A stretch of 64,000 nucleotides of DNA from Myxococcota bacterium (GTDB lineage Bacteria > Myxococcota_A > Polyangia > Nannocystales > Nannocystaceae). Of this stretch, positions 56,148-64,000 are shown piece by piece; the first letter of the stretch is position 1; each line of letters begins with the position of its first letter. A model generated the notes under the pieces. That model was not told the DNA's origin, did no database searches, and saw only the letters and a list, made by a program, of their open reading frames with translations. The position numbers and the translations under genes are program-made. The stretch covers positions 1-64,000 of the forward strand of contig JBCCHT010000042.1 of assembly GCA_039028615.1 (NCBI GenBank), given 5' to 3'.

Positions 56148-56210
56148 TCCGCGCTCGGTCCGGTCGCACTCGCGCCGGGCACATGTCGTATCCTGGGGGC
56201 GGAAAGCGGC

Positions 56211-57620
56211 ATGCGTGGCTTCGTTCTCGTCTTCGTGCTCACCCCGATGGTCCCCGCGTGCAGCGGCAACCGGGTGGTCCCGACCGCGGCCGAAGACACC
56301 GATGCGACCGGCACCACGGCGGCCGACACCCCCCTCGCCGAGTCGAGCACCAGCGCAGCCGTCGACGAGACCGGGGCGTCCACGGGCGAGCCGGCCGAAG
56401 ACCCCCAGTCGCTGTTCTACCTGACCGAGTTCCCCCACGAGCTGCGAACGATCGCGATCGACGGGACCGACGATCGCCTCCTCGTCGCGCACGCCGACTA
56501 CATCACAGAGTCGCGCTTCATCGCCGCGGGCAACGGAGTCGTCTTGGCCCACGGTGAGCTGCCGGGCAGCTCCATCGACGAGACGCTCTACGCCAACGTC
56601 GACGGCTCCGTCACCGGCCTGTACCAGGGCTTCGTCCCCGAGCGAGTCTGGTTCGGTCCCGAGCCCGAGCGGATCTGGTACCCGGAGGGGTGGTACGTCA
56701 CCAGCCGGCTGCTGGGTGAATCGGGCGAGACCTTCCCGACCGGCGGCGGGACCCTGTGGATGATGTCTCGAACCCGGCGCTTCGTGGCCTCGACCCACTT
56801 CGACGGCGGCACCTGGATCGGCGACCTGACCGGAGAGATCGCCGCCATGCACCTGCCCCCCGCGTGGCTCCCCGGGTGCGGCGGCGAGACTCGCCCCACC
56901 CTGTGGTTCAACCGAGATCAGACCCGGGTGCTGCTGTTCCCCACGCCGAGCCACAACCTCGCCCGCTTGCCCCTCGACGACCCGGAGGCGGGGGTCTGGC
57001 TCCCCCTCGGCCCCGAGTTTCGCCCCCTCGGCTACGACGTGTGCGCCGATGGCCTGCTGGGTCGCACCGAGGACGGCGCGATCATTCGCATCGGAGACGA
57101 CGCCAGCGTGGCCGAGCTCGCCCCGCCCGGCCCCTCCTTCCCCGCCGAGTTTCCGTTCGAGTACGGCGTCACGCCCAGTGCACGTCGCGTCGTCGCTCTC
57201 ACCACCGACGGCTCGCGACAGCTCCACCTCGCCAACCTCTCCGCGCAGACCTGGACCACCGTCGAGCTCCCGCGCGGCTCCGGGACCCTCACCATCGTCA
57301 CCGTCGACGACGACTACGTGCTGCTCTCCGAGCACACCCGCGACGGCCAAGTCCTCGCCCATCGCCTGGATATCGACACGGGGGCGGTGGACTCGGCGGC
57401 GACCTGCGACGTGCTCGTCCCCGCCATGACCGAAGACGGCGCCCTGCTGCTGTGTGAAGAGGCCACCGAGGGGCTCACCCTCCTCGTCGAAAAGCCGGGT
57501 GAAGCCGCCTCCGTCCTCCTGGACGAGGTCGCCGATGCCAGGCTCATGCCCGCGCCCGCCCAGGTAGACGCGCGTTGCGTCGACACCGAGCCCGTCGACA
57601 CCCTGGTGGGCTGCTGGTAG
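56211..57620 (+). CDS. Hypothetical lipoprotein, possibly beta-propeller
   Basis: Lipobox VPAC, Thr/Ala/Glu linker and a beta-rich body. Confidence 0.65.
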   Translation: MRGFVLVFVLTPMVPACSGNRVVPTAAEDTDATGTTAADTPLAESSTSAAVDETGASTGEPAEDPQSLFYLTEFPHELRTIAIDGTDDRLLVAHADYITESRFIAAGNGVVLAHGELPGSSIDETLYANVDGSVTGLYQGFVPERVWFGPEPERIWYPEGWYVTSRLLGESGETFPTGGGTLWMMSRTRRFVASTHFDGGTWIGDLTGEIAAMHLPPAWLPGCGGETRPTLWFNRDQTRVLLFPTPSHNLARLPLDDPEAGVWLPLGPEFRPLGYDVCADGLLGRTEDGAIIRIGDDASVAELAPPGPSFPAEFPFEYGVTPSARRVVALTTDGSRQLHLANLSAQTWTTVELPRGSGTLTIVTVDDDYVLLSEHTRDGQVLAHRLDIDTGAVDSAATCDVLVPAMTEDGALLLCEEATEGLTLLVEKPGEAASVLLDEVADARLMPAPAQVDARCVDTEPVDTLVGCW

Positions 57621-59174
57621 TCAGCGTGCGATCGCGTCCGCGATGCGAATGCCGTCGAGCGCCGCGCTCATGATCCCGCCCGCGTAGCCCGCTCCTTCAC
57701 CGCACGGGTAGAGCCCCGCCACCGACGGCGATTGCAGGCTCTCGCGATCTCGATCGGTGCGCACGGGCGCGCTGGTCCGGGACTCCACCCCCACCGCGAT
57801 CCCTTCCGCCGACACGAAGCCCGGCATGCGCTCCCCGATGCGTCGCAGCGCCTCGCGCAGCGGCAGCGCCAGCCCGCCCAGCAGCTCGTCGAGCCGAGCC
57901 GAGGCCAGCCCTCGCGGGTAGCTGCAGACCGGCAACGCCGACGAGCTCCGTCCCGCCACGAAGTCGTCGATCCGCTGCGCGGGCGCGACATAGTCCCCGC
58001 CCCCCGCCTCGTACGCCGCCGCCTCGATCCGTCGCTGCAGCTTCAACCCCGCGAACACGTCGCTCGGATCGAGGCCCGCCGCCTCGAGCTGCGTCGGTCC
58101 GACCTCCGTCACGAACCCCGAGTTCGCGTACTTGCCTCGCCGTGACGAAGGGCTCCAGCCGTTGACCACCTGTCCCCCGTGCTCCGTCGCGGCCGGCACG
58201 ATGAACCCTCCCGGGCACATGCAGAACGAAAACGCTCCCGCGCCTTCCGCCTGCTCCACCAGACGATAGGCCGCGGCTCCCAGCGCCGGGTGCCCCGCCA
58301 GCCCTCCGAACTGCAGCCCATCGATCAACGGCTGCGGATGCTCCACCCGGAACCCCACCGCAAACGGCTTCGCCGACAACGCCACCCCGGCCTCGTGCAG
58401 CCACTGCGTCACATCCCGGGCCGAGTGTCCCACCGCCAGCACCACCGCCCGCGCATCGATCGTCTCCTGCTCCAGCCGCACCCCGCACACGCGCCCGTCC
58501 TTCACCACCAGCCCATCGACGCGCCGCCCGAACGCAAACTCCACCCCCGCGCTTTCGAGATGCTCCCGCATCGCCCCCACCACGCCGGGCAGGCGATTGG
58601 TCCCGATATGCGGCCGCGCATCCACCAAGATCTGCGACGGCGCCCCGTACCCCACGAACGCATCCAGCACCCGCTGCATGTCCCCCCGCTTGTGCGATCG
58701 CGTGTACAGCTTCCCATCGCTGAACGTCCCCGCCCCTCCCTCACCAAAACAGTAGTTGCTCTCCGGATCGAGCTGCCCCTGCTTGCTCAGCGCCGCCAGA
58801 TCCCGCCGTCGTGGCCGAACCGGCTTCCCCCGCTCCAGCACCACCGACCGAATCCCATGCTGCGCCAACGCCCACGCACAAAACGTCCCCGCCGGCCCCG
58901 CCCCCACGATCACCACCCCGGGTTCCCCACTCAACGTCGGAAGATCCACCGGCCCCCGCTCACTCGAGCTCGGCTTCTCTTCCCCCCGCATCACCAACTC
59001 CACCTCCAGCTGCAGCTGCACCCGCCCCCGCCGAGCATCGATCGACTTCCGCCGAACAACCGCCGCCACAACCTCCTTCACCCCCACCTTCCCCCGCTTC
59101 GCCGCCGCCCGACGCAGCCCCTCCTCATCAAAAAGAAGATCTGGATGAACCCGCAACTGAACCCGACGTCCCAC
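57621..59174 (-). CDS. FAD-dependent dehydrogenase (COG2509-like)
   Basis: Motifs GAGPAG, FGEGGAGTFSDGKL, PHIGT, FCMCPGG and GEGAGYAGGIMSAALDG. Confidence 0.92.
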   Translation of the reverse strand: MGRRVQLRVHPDLLFDEEGLRRAAAKRGKVGVKEVVAAVVRRKSIDARRGRVQLQLEVELVMRGEEKPSSSERGPVDLPTLSGEPGVVIVGAGPAGTFCAWALAQHGIRSVVLERGKPVRPRRRDLAALSKQGQLDPESNYCFGEGGAGTFSDGKLYTRSHKRGDMQRVLDAFVGYGAPSQILVDARPHIGTNRLPGVVGAMREHLESAGVEFAFGRRVDGLVVKDGRVCGVRLEQETIDARAVVLAVGHSARDVTQWLHEAGVALSAKPFAVGFRVEHPQPLIDGLQFGGLAGHPALGAAAYRLVEQAEGAGAFSFCMCPGGFIVPAATEHGGQVVNGWSPSSRRGKYANSGFVTEVGPTQLEAAGLDPSDVFAGLKLQRRIEAAAYEAGGGDYVAPAQRIDDFVAGRSSSALPVCSYPRGLASARLDELLGGLALPLREALRRIGERMPGFVSAEGIAVGVESRTSAPVRTDRDRESLQSPSVAGLYPCGEGAGYAGGIMSAALDGIRIADAIAR

Positions 59175-59314
59175 GACTTCCCCCCGTCATCTCATGAACC
59201 CGCCCCCCGGTCCATCCACCCACCACCCCCGAAGGGAACAACACCCACCCTGCTCCAAACAAGTACCCCACGGCAAAACCCACCCCATCCCCGAGCAGCA
59301 ACCAACCGACCCCT

Positions 59315-59660
59315 TCGTTCGAACATTTCCACCCACTCCAAGCACTCCCGCCCCTCACCCAAGCACCCCACCGAACCTCCAAGCAAGCCACCCCCCACCC
59401 AAGCAGAACCCACCCCACCGCCCGAACGGAAGCCGCCGTACGGGGAGGGCCAAAGCGAAGCCGCGTAGGATGGAGGGGGCCCGGTCGCGCGGAGGCGGCC
59501 GCCGACGACCGTCGAGAAACACCCGGGTATCATGGCCGCCGAGCACGTCCGGGAAGGGTTCCAGCCGTCAACAGGCGAGCCCCTGGTTCGAACACATCAC
59601 TCCCACTCCAAGCACTCCCGCCCCTCACCCAAGCACCCCACCGAGCTCTCCGTTCGAACA
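59315..59660. repeat. Dispersed copy of the REP-like repeat with duplicated C-rich flanks
   Basis: Core GGGGAGGGC..AAGCGAAGCCGCGTAGGATGGAGGGGGCCCGG...GGGTTCCAGCCGTCAACAGGCGAGC at ~59442-59580. A 43-nt direct repeat occurs at 59332 and 59602. Confidence 0.92.
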
Positions 59661-59711
59661 CTCCCCAACCCCCCTTCGCGCAACCAGAAATCCCCCCACC
59701 GCGAGCAAACT

Positions 59712-60839
59712 TCAAGACCCCGAAGAAGGCCCAGACGCCACCAACAACCCCGCCGCCACCGCCTTGCTCCGCATCGCATGCAACATCCGTCCCCGGTCCG
59801 CCGTATCCCGCCTCCACTTCCTCCCAAGCTTCGCCCGCACATCCGGGTTCAACCCCAACCTCCGAGCCCGCTTCCGAAAGTTCGCATTCGGCCCCACCGT
59901 CGCACAGTGCCCCCGCGAGAACCGACGATTCACCGTCGCATACGAATCCCCAAACCCTTGCGCCTCACACTCCCGCTGCGCCGTCCGAGCGGCCCAAACC
60001 GCGGTGATGATCGCCACCAACCCGTTGTCATCACAAAACACCCAAGGCGGCGCACTCGAATCCCAAACCGGCACAAAGTACGCCGGATTAAACCCAAAGG
60101 GCCCGTATCCAAATGCCCACGCCGGCTCCGACCCCGGCGAGACCGAGCCGTCCGTCGCCGTCACCTCGAACTCGATGATGTCGTCGAGATACGGGTTGTC
60201 GCGAAAGGTCTGCACCTGATGCAGCCGCGCCTTCGCCTTCCAGTACTCGCTGTCCTGCTTGCTCAACTTGGCCATGTGGGCCTGCAGCTCCGCCTCTTCG
60301 GTCGGCGAGTAGTGCAGGCGTCTCCATGCCGCGGTCGCGGCCTCGATGTCGGGATTGAGCACGTGCATGGCGTGCGGCCGATAGGTCGACTCCCGCATCG
60401 CCCACGCTCGAATCAGCCGCGGCTCGGCCCCCATCTCCTTGGCGACCAAGGTCACCAATTGAGAGAAGCGCTTCTCGTCGGCCTTGGTCCACGGACGACG
60501 GACTCGCTTGTAGCGACGACGACCCTCGTCATCGATCTTCACCCGCACGCGCTCGCACTGGTTGGGCGCACGACCCTTCAGGGTGGCTCCCTTGGCGGAG
60601 GCCAGCACGGGGGTGGGAGCCTCGGCGGCAGACGGAGCGCCCGCCTCGGTACCTTCGTCGGCATCGGCGGCCGCAACCACGGGCTGCGTTCGGGTCTCGG
60701 TGGCCGGATCTCCGGGGCTCGACGGAGCATCGACGTGCTCGACCTCGGCCTCCACGTGAACGACCTCGTACTCGGGCTCGCCCCCGGGGCCACACGATAC
60801 GACAGCGAAGATGCAGCCAAGCACGATAGCTCTGCCCAT
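59712..60839 (-). CDS. Hypothetical lipoprotein with a possible lytic-transglycosylase-like motif
   Basis: Lipobox VVSC. LIRAWAMRESTYRPHA resembles SLT motif I. Confidence 0.6.
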   Translation of the reverse strand: MGRAIVLGCIFAVVSCGPGGEPEYEVVHVEAEVEHVDAPSSPGDPATETRTQPVVAAADADEGTEAGAPSAAEAPTPVLASAKGATLKGRAPNQCERVRVKIDDEGRRRYKRVRRPWTKADEKRFSQLVTLVAKEMGAEPRLIRAWAMRESTYRPHAMHVLNPDIEAATAAWRRLHYSPTEEAELQAHMAKLSKQDSEYWKAKARLHQVQTFRDNPYLDDIIEFEVTATDGSVSPGSEPAWAFGYGPFGFNPAYFVPVWDSSAPPWVFCDDNGLVAIITAVWAARTAQRECEAQGFGDSYATVNRRFSRGHCATVGPNANFRKRARRLGLNPDVRAKLGRKWRRDTADRGRMLHAMRSKAVAAGLLVASGPSSGS

Positions 60840-61058
60840 GGCGCGGGAGCCTAACCAATGAAGCAAGCGAGTTGCTGTCCGACGAACACCCACCCGCGCG
60901 GCGGCTAACTACACGAAAACACGAGTCGCCGAGGTCACGGTGAGAGTCGTCGCACGACGATCGACTTCGGCGTGATCACCCGAATTCCACGGCAGCGGCA
61001 ACGTTGATTCACGCGCGAAGATCGGCGGTCGGTGTTCGCGCTCGTGAGACTCGAACGA

Positions 61059-62186
61059 CTACTTCGGCCACACCGGCTGGGTCCACGCTCGATGCCCACG
61101 ACGATCGTCGACCTGCACGCGGACATAACCGGTGAAGCCATCGGGCATGGTGAAGTTCGCTTCGCGACCCCGCTGTCGCTGCAGCACCGAGCCCCCTTGG
61201 CCGATGAACGTGAAGCGATGGGAGCCCTTGGCCGAGTCGGCGACGGACACGTGCACGGTGGATCCATCGACGATCACATCGCGTAGGTCGACGCCGTTGC
61301 TCGAGTAGAAATCACCGCGCTCGATCGCCGCGCGGATCGAGTCTCCCCGAGGCTCCGCTCGCACCATCACCCAGCCTCGGTTGCCGACGTGGGCGAGATG
61401 TCCTTGCTGCCGAACCTCGGCCGCGTCGTAGTAGTGATGCGCATCGTCGGTCGCCACGCCCCACACCCGCGCGCCGGTCGAGAGCACGGCATCCCACAGC
61501 GCCTCGGTGGAGGGGTGGGTGTCGTCGCCTTCGTTGTTCGAGTCGACCGCTTCGTTGGCGACCTCGAGCAAGGTCAGGCCGCGACCGGCGAGGGCGCTGA
61601 GCAGATCGGCATCGGCCGCGTAGTGAAAGTTGGGATGGTCGAGCATCGCCACTCCGCCGAGCGCCTCGGTGGCTCGCAGCGCGTGGCTGTACAGCTCGAG
61701 CCGATCGGGACTGGTGGGCCCGGGCAGCTGGCTCAGCGCCGTGGTGTCGCTGCCGACGAACAGGCCGTTGACGTGCAGCAAGCAGCTCATGCCGGGCAAG
61801 GGCGGCGGCTCGCAGTAGTCGAGGTTCTGGGTCAGCTCGATCCCCGCGAAGACCAGCAGCCCCGGCGGCCCGGGCAGCTCGGTGATGCGGTTGTGATCGG
61901 TGAAGACGATGAAGTCGAAGCCCTGCTCCGCGTACCACTGGGCGACGTCGGCGGGCGGGGTCTGGCTATCGCCCGACGCGTTGCTATGCAGGTGTAGCTG
62001 CCCTTTGAGCCACGTTGGGGCGGGGGTGGCGGGCGCCGCGCCAGCCCCGGCGGAGCTCGGTTCGGCGTTTGCCTGCGGCGGATTTCCGGCGGGTGGAGGA
62101 GAGCAGGCGAGCGCAGACGCGAGCATCCCGATCGCCGCGCCGCGTCGAGCAACGGTGCGAAGCGATCGGGAGGCGGAGGCGACCAT
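61059..62186 (-). CDS. PHP-domain (CehA/McbA-like) metallohydrolase lipoprotein
   Basis: Motifs WLKGQLHLHS, FTDHN, GIE, DHP, ATDDAH and GDFYSSNG. Lipobox ALAC. Confidence 0.9.
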   Translation of the reverse strand: MVASASRSLRTVARRGAAIGMLASALACSPPPAGNPPQANAEPSSAGAGAAPATPAPTWLKGQLHLHSNASGDSQTPPADVAQWYAEQGFDFIVFTDHNRITELPGPPGLLVFAGIELTQNLDYCEPPPLPGMSCLLHVNGLFVGSDTTALSQLPGPTSPDRLELYSHALRATEALGGVAMLDHPNFHYAADADLLSALAGRGLTLLEVANEAVDSNNEGDDTHPSTEALWDAVLSTGARVWGVATDDAHHYYDAAEVRQQGHLAHVGNRGWVMVRAEPRGDSIRAAIERGDFYSSNGVDLRDVIVDGSTVHVSVADSAKGSHRFTFIGQGGSVLQRQRGREANFTMPDGFTGYVRVQVDDRRGHRAWTQPVWPK

Positions 62187-63997
62187 CAGCGCTGCCGCAA
62201 GATCCTCAGCGCGATGAAGCTGAACACCGACGAGAACCCGGGCACGTGCCGCAGCCCTCGCATCCACCACAGCCCGGGGATGACCCGAATCAGCGACCAG
62301 CCGGCGTCCTTGCCCGCGCGGGTCCACTTTTCTCCGGGCACGCGCAGCAGCAGGTGCTCGGCCGTGGCGTCGCTGTCGGCCTCGAACTCGAGGCGGTTGC
62401 CCAGGTCCCAGACCCGCAGCAGCGCGGCTCGGCGCACGCTGGCCTCGCTCGGGTTGTGCACGACCACGATGGGCTCGCGAGCGCTGCGGTAGCGCAGGCG
62501 ATCGGGCAGCGCCAGCAGCAGCCGCTTCCACGCCTTGGTTCGCACGGGGCGGCCGTCTTCGCCCGGAGCCGAGGGGCGCGAGACGATGTAGAGCCAGAAC
62601 GCGTCGAGCTCCTCGCCCGACAGCCACGACGGGTAGATGACGATCATGACGTTGGCGAAGGTGCCCACGTTCATGCCGGCATCGATGCCCAGGTGCATGG
62701 CGGTGCCGAAGATCAGCCAGAAGCGCTTGCCGAGCAGGTAGTGCCGCAGCACCAGGTTGACCCGCGGCAAGAAGCGCCGCGTGACCAGGTAGATCCCGAT
62801 CAGCACGAAGGGCAGCAGGCCCCCGACCACGCGCGCCAGCATCACCGCGTTGCCGCGGCTCATCTTGAGCGTCTCGAGGGCGGTGTCGGGCATGAAGTAG
62901 TGCACCGACAGCCCGCCGATGAACACGCAGATGCCCCACGCCCCGATGAGGAACGCGTAGCTGGTGAAGCGACGCCAGGCCCGAGCCTTGGGCCAGGTGC
63001 CGGCCGCCTTTTCACGCTCGAAGGCGTTGAGCCCCGCGCCCACGATCGCCAGCGGGAAGAAGACCTCCCACCAGTGCACGACGATGGCCGACAGCGGCAG
63101 GATGCCGATGTAGTGCAGGGCGCCGATCAGCCCCATCTGCGGCCAGCGATAGAAGTGGTCGAGGTTGAGCGCGTAGTAGAGCGCCGAGCCGTTGGCCCAG
63201 GTCGCGCCCGACTTCAGCAGGCCGGTGGCGCAGTAGATGATGGCCAGCTGGACCATCATGATGCGGAACGGCCAGGCGGCGATGCGGGGCAGCGGCGGAA
63301 TGGACTTCGCGCCGCGCAGGATGGCCTTCCGACGCCGTCGCCAGCTGTCGAAGGAGTAGGCCTTGCCCCAGCCCGTGAACATGCCCATGAACAAGAACAC
63401 GCGCACGACGGTGTCGCCGCCCGTGTAGAACACCGGGCTGTAGCGATAGATGGTCTCGACCAGGATCCACGAGATGATGGTGGTCCAGCGGGTCCACACA
63501 CCCATGATCATCAAGGTCAGGCTGACCATCATGGCGCCGTAGAGGCTGAACACGAAGGTCGGATCGCTGCGGTAGTGGAGGAGCGAGAACTTCCCCCACA
63601 TTGCCTTGAAGATGTCGTACCAGTTCTCGAACCCGTGCTCCGGGTCCCAGAGCGTCTTGGACTGGCCGCCGTAGTTCTTGCGCGCCATGTCCGTGAGCCA
63701 CAGGCCCTCGTCGGTGAACAAGAAGCGGGCGACCGAGTCGTCGAGCGGCCCGTGGGGCAGCAGCAGGTCGAGGAAGGTCCAAAAGACGACGAAGCCGAAG
63801 CCGATGCGCATCAGCGCCGCGGGGCGAGGATCGATGCGCTGGAAGAAGAGCCGTCGCCACAGCTCGGGCCGGATCACGAAGAAGGCGCAGAGCAGGCCGA
63901 TGGTGCCGAGGATCAGCGACGTCGACAGCTCGAGGTGCGCGGAGACGTCGACCTCGGGGCCTTTGGCGGCCAGCAGCGCGAAGGTGGAGCCGATCAT
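62186..63997 (-). CDS. HTTM-domain membrane protein (vitamin K-dependent gamma-carboxylase-like) with C-terminal soluble domain
   Basis: Motifs IDPRPAALMRI, YTGGD, YSFD, QLAIIYCATGLLK..WANGSA, WE and HLGI. The start may extend beyond the window. Confidence 0.85.
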   Translation of the reverse strand: MIGSTFALLAAKGPEVDVSAHLELSTSLILGTIGLLCAFFVIRPELWRRLFFQRIDPRPAALMRIGFGFVVFWTFLDLLLPHGPLDDSVARFLFTDEGLWLTDMARKNYGGQSKTLWDPEHGFENWYDIFKAMWGKFSLLHYRSDPTFVFSLYGAMMVSLTLMIMGVWTRWTTIISWILVETIYRYSPVFYTGGDTVVRVFLFMGMFTGWGKAYSFDSWRRRRKAILRGAKSIPPLPRIAAWPFRIMMVQLAIIYCATGLLKSGATWANGSALYYALNLDHFYRWPQMGLIGALHYIGILPLSAIVVHWWEVFFPLAIVGAGLNAFEREKAAGTWPKARAWRRFTSYAFLIGAWGICVFIGGLSVHYFMPDTALETLKMSRGNAVMLARVVGGLLPFVLIGIYLVTRRFLPRVNLVLRHYLLGKRFWLIFGTAMHLGIDAGMNVGTFANVMIVIYPSWLSGEELDAFWLYIVSRPSAPGEDGRPVRTKAWKRLLLALPDRLRYRSAREPIVVVHNPSEASVRRAALLRVWDLGNRLEFEADSDATAEHLLLRVPGEKWTRAGKDAGWSLIRVIPGLWWMRGLRHVPGFSSVFSFIALRILRQR

Positions 63998-64000
63998 GGC

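Overview
Very GC-rich bacterial chromosome segment. Gene content points to a myxobacterium, probably Nannocystaceae-like (inference): three Hanks-type Ser/Thr kinases, many lipoproteins with Ser/Thr/Gly/Asp-rich linkers, and Cys-rich surface repeats. About 45 CDSs can be supported, including housekeeping genes (serA, type-2 ileS, dnaB, slyX), secreted hydrolases (S8, M28, M48, zincin, SGNH, lipase, PHP, alkaline-phosphatase superfamily), a LysR-linked redox/stress operon and lipid enzymes (sterol desaturase family, AgpS-like, START). No rRNA, tRNA, CRISPR array, integrase or transposase was seen. Four observations stand out. (1) A single ~984-aa ORF fuses a maleylacetate-reductase-like domain, a GFSQG carboxylesterase and a homogentisate 1,2-dioxygenase, which suggests an isomerase-free homogentisate route. 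(2) A structured, GTAG-containing REP-like repeat occurs as a ~317-bp tandem array (1-821), as a copy near 59.4 kb and as an internally deleted mini-copy near 19.0 kb; each copy sits in a halo of roughly 1 kb where the minus strand is depleted of C, even at synonymous sites of flanking genes. (3) A PlpX/splicease-like radical SAM-SPASM enzyme has no visible precursor peptide. (4) Directly downstream of it lies a 1764-aa lipoprotein fusing subtilase, Ig-like, PHP-metallohydrolase and Cys-rich repeat modules. All calls come from reading motifs by eye; no database searches were run.
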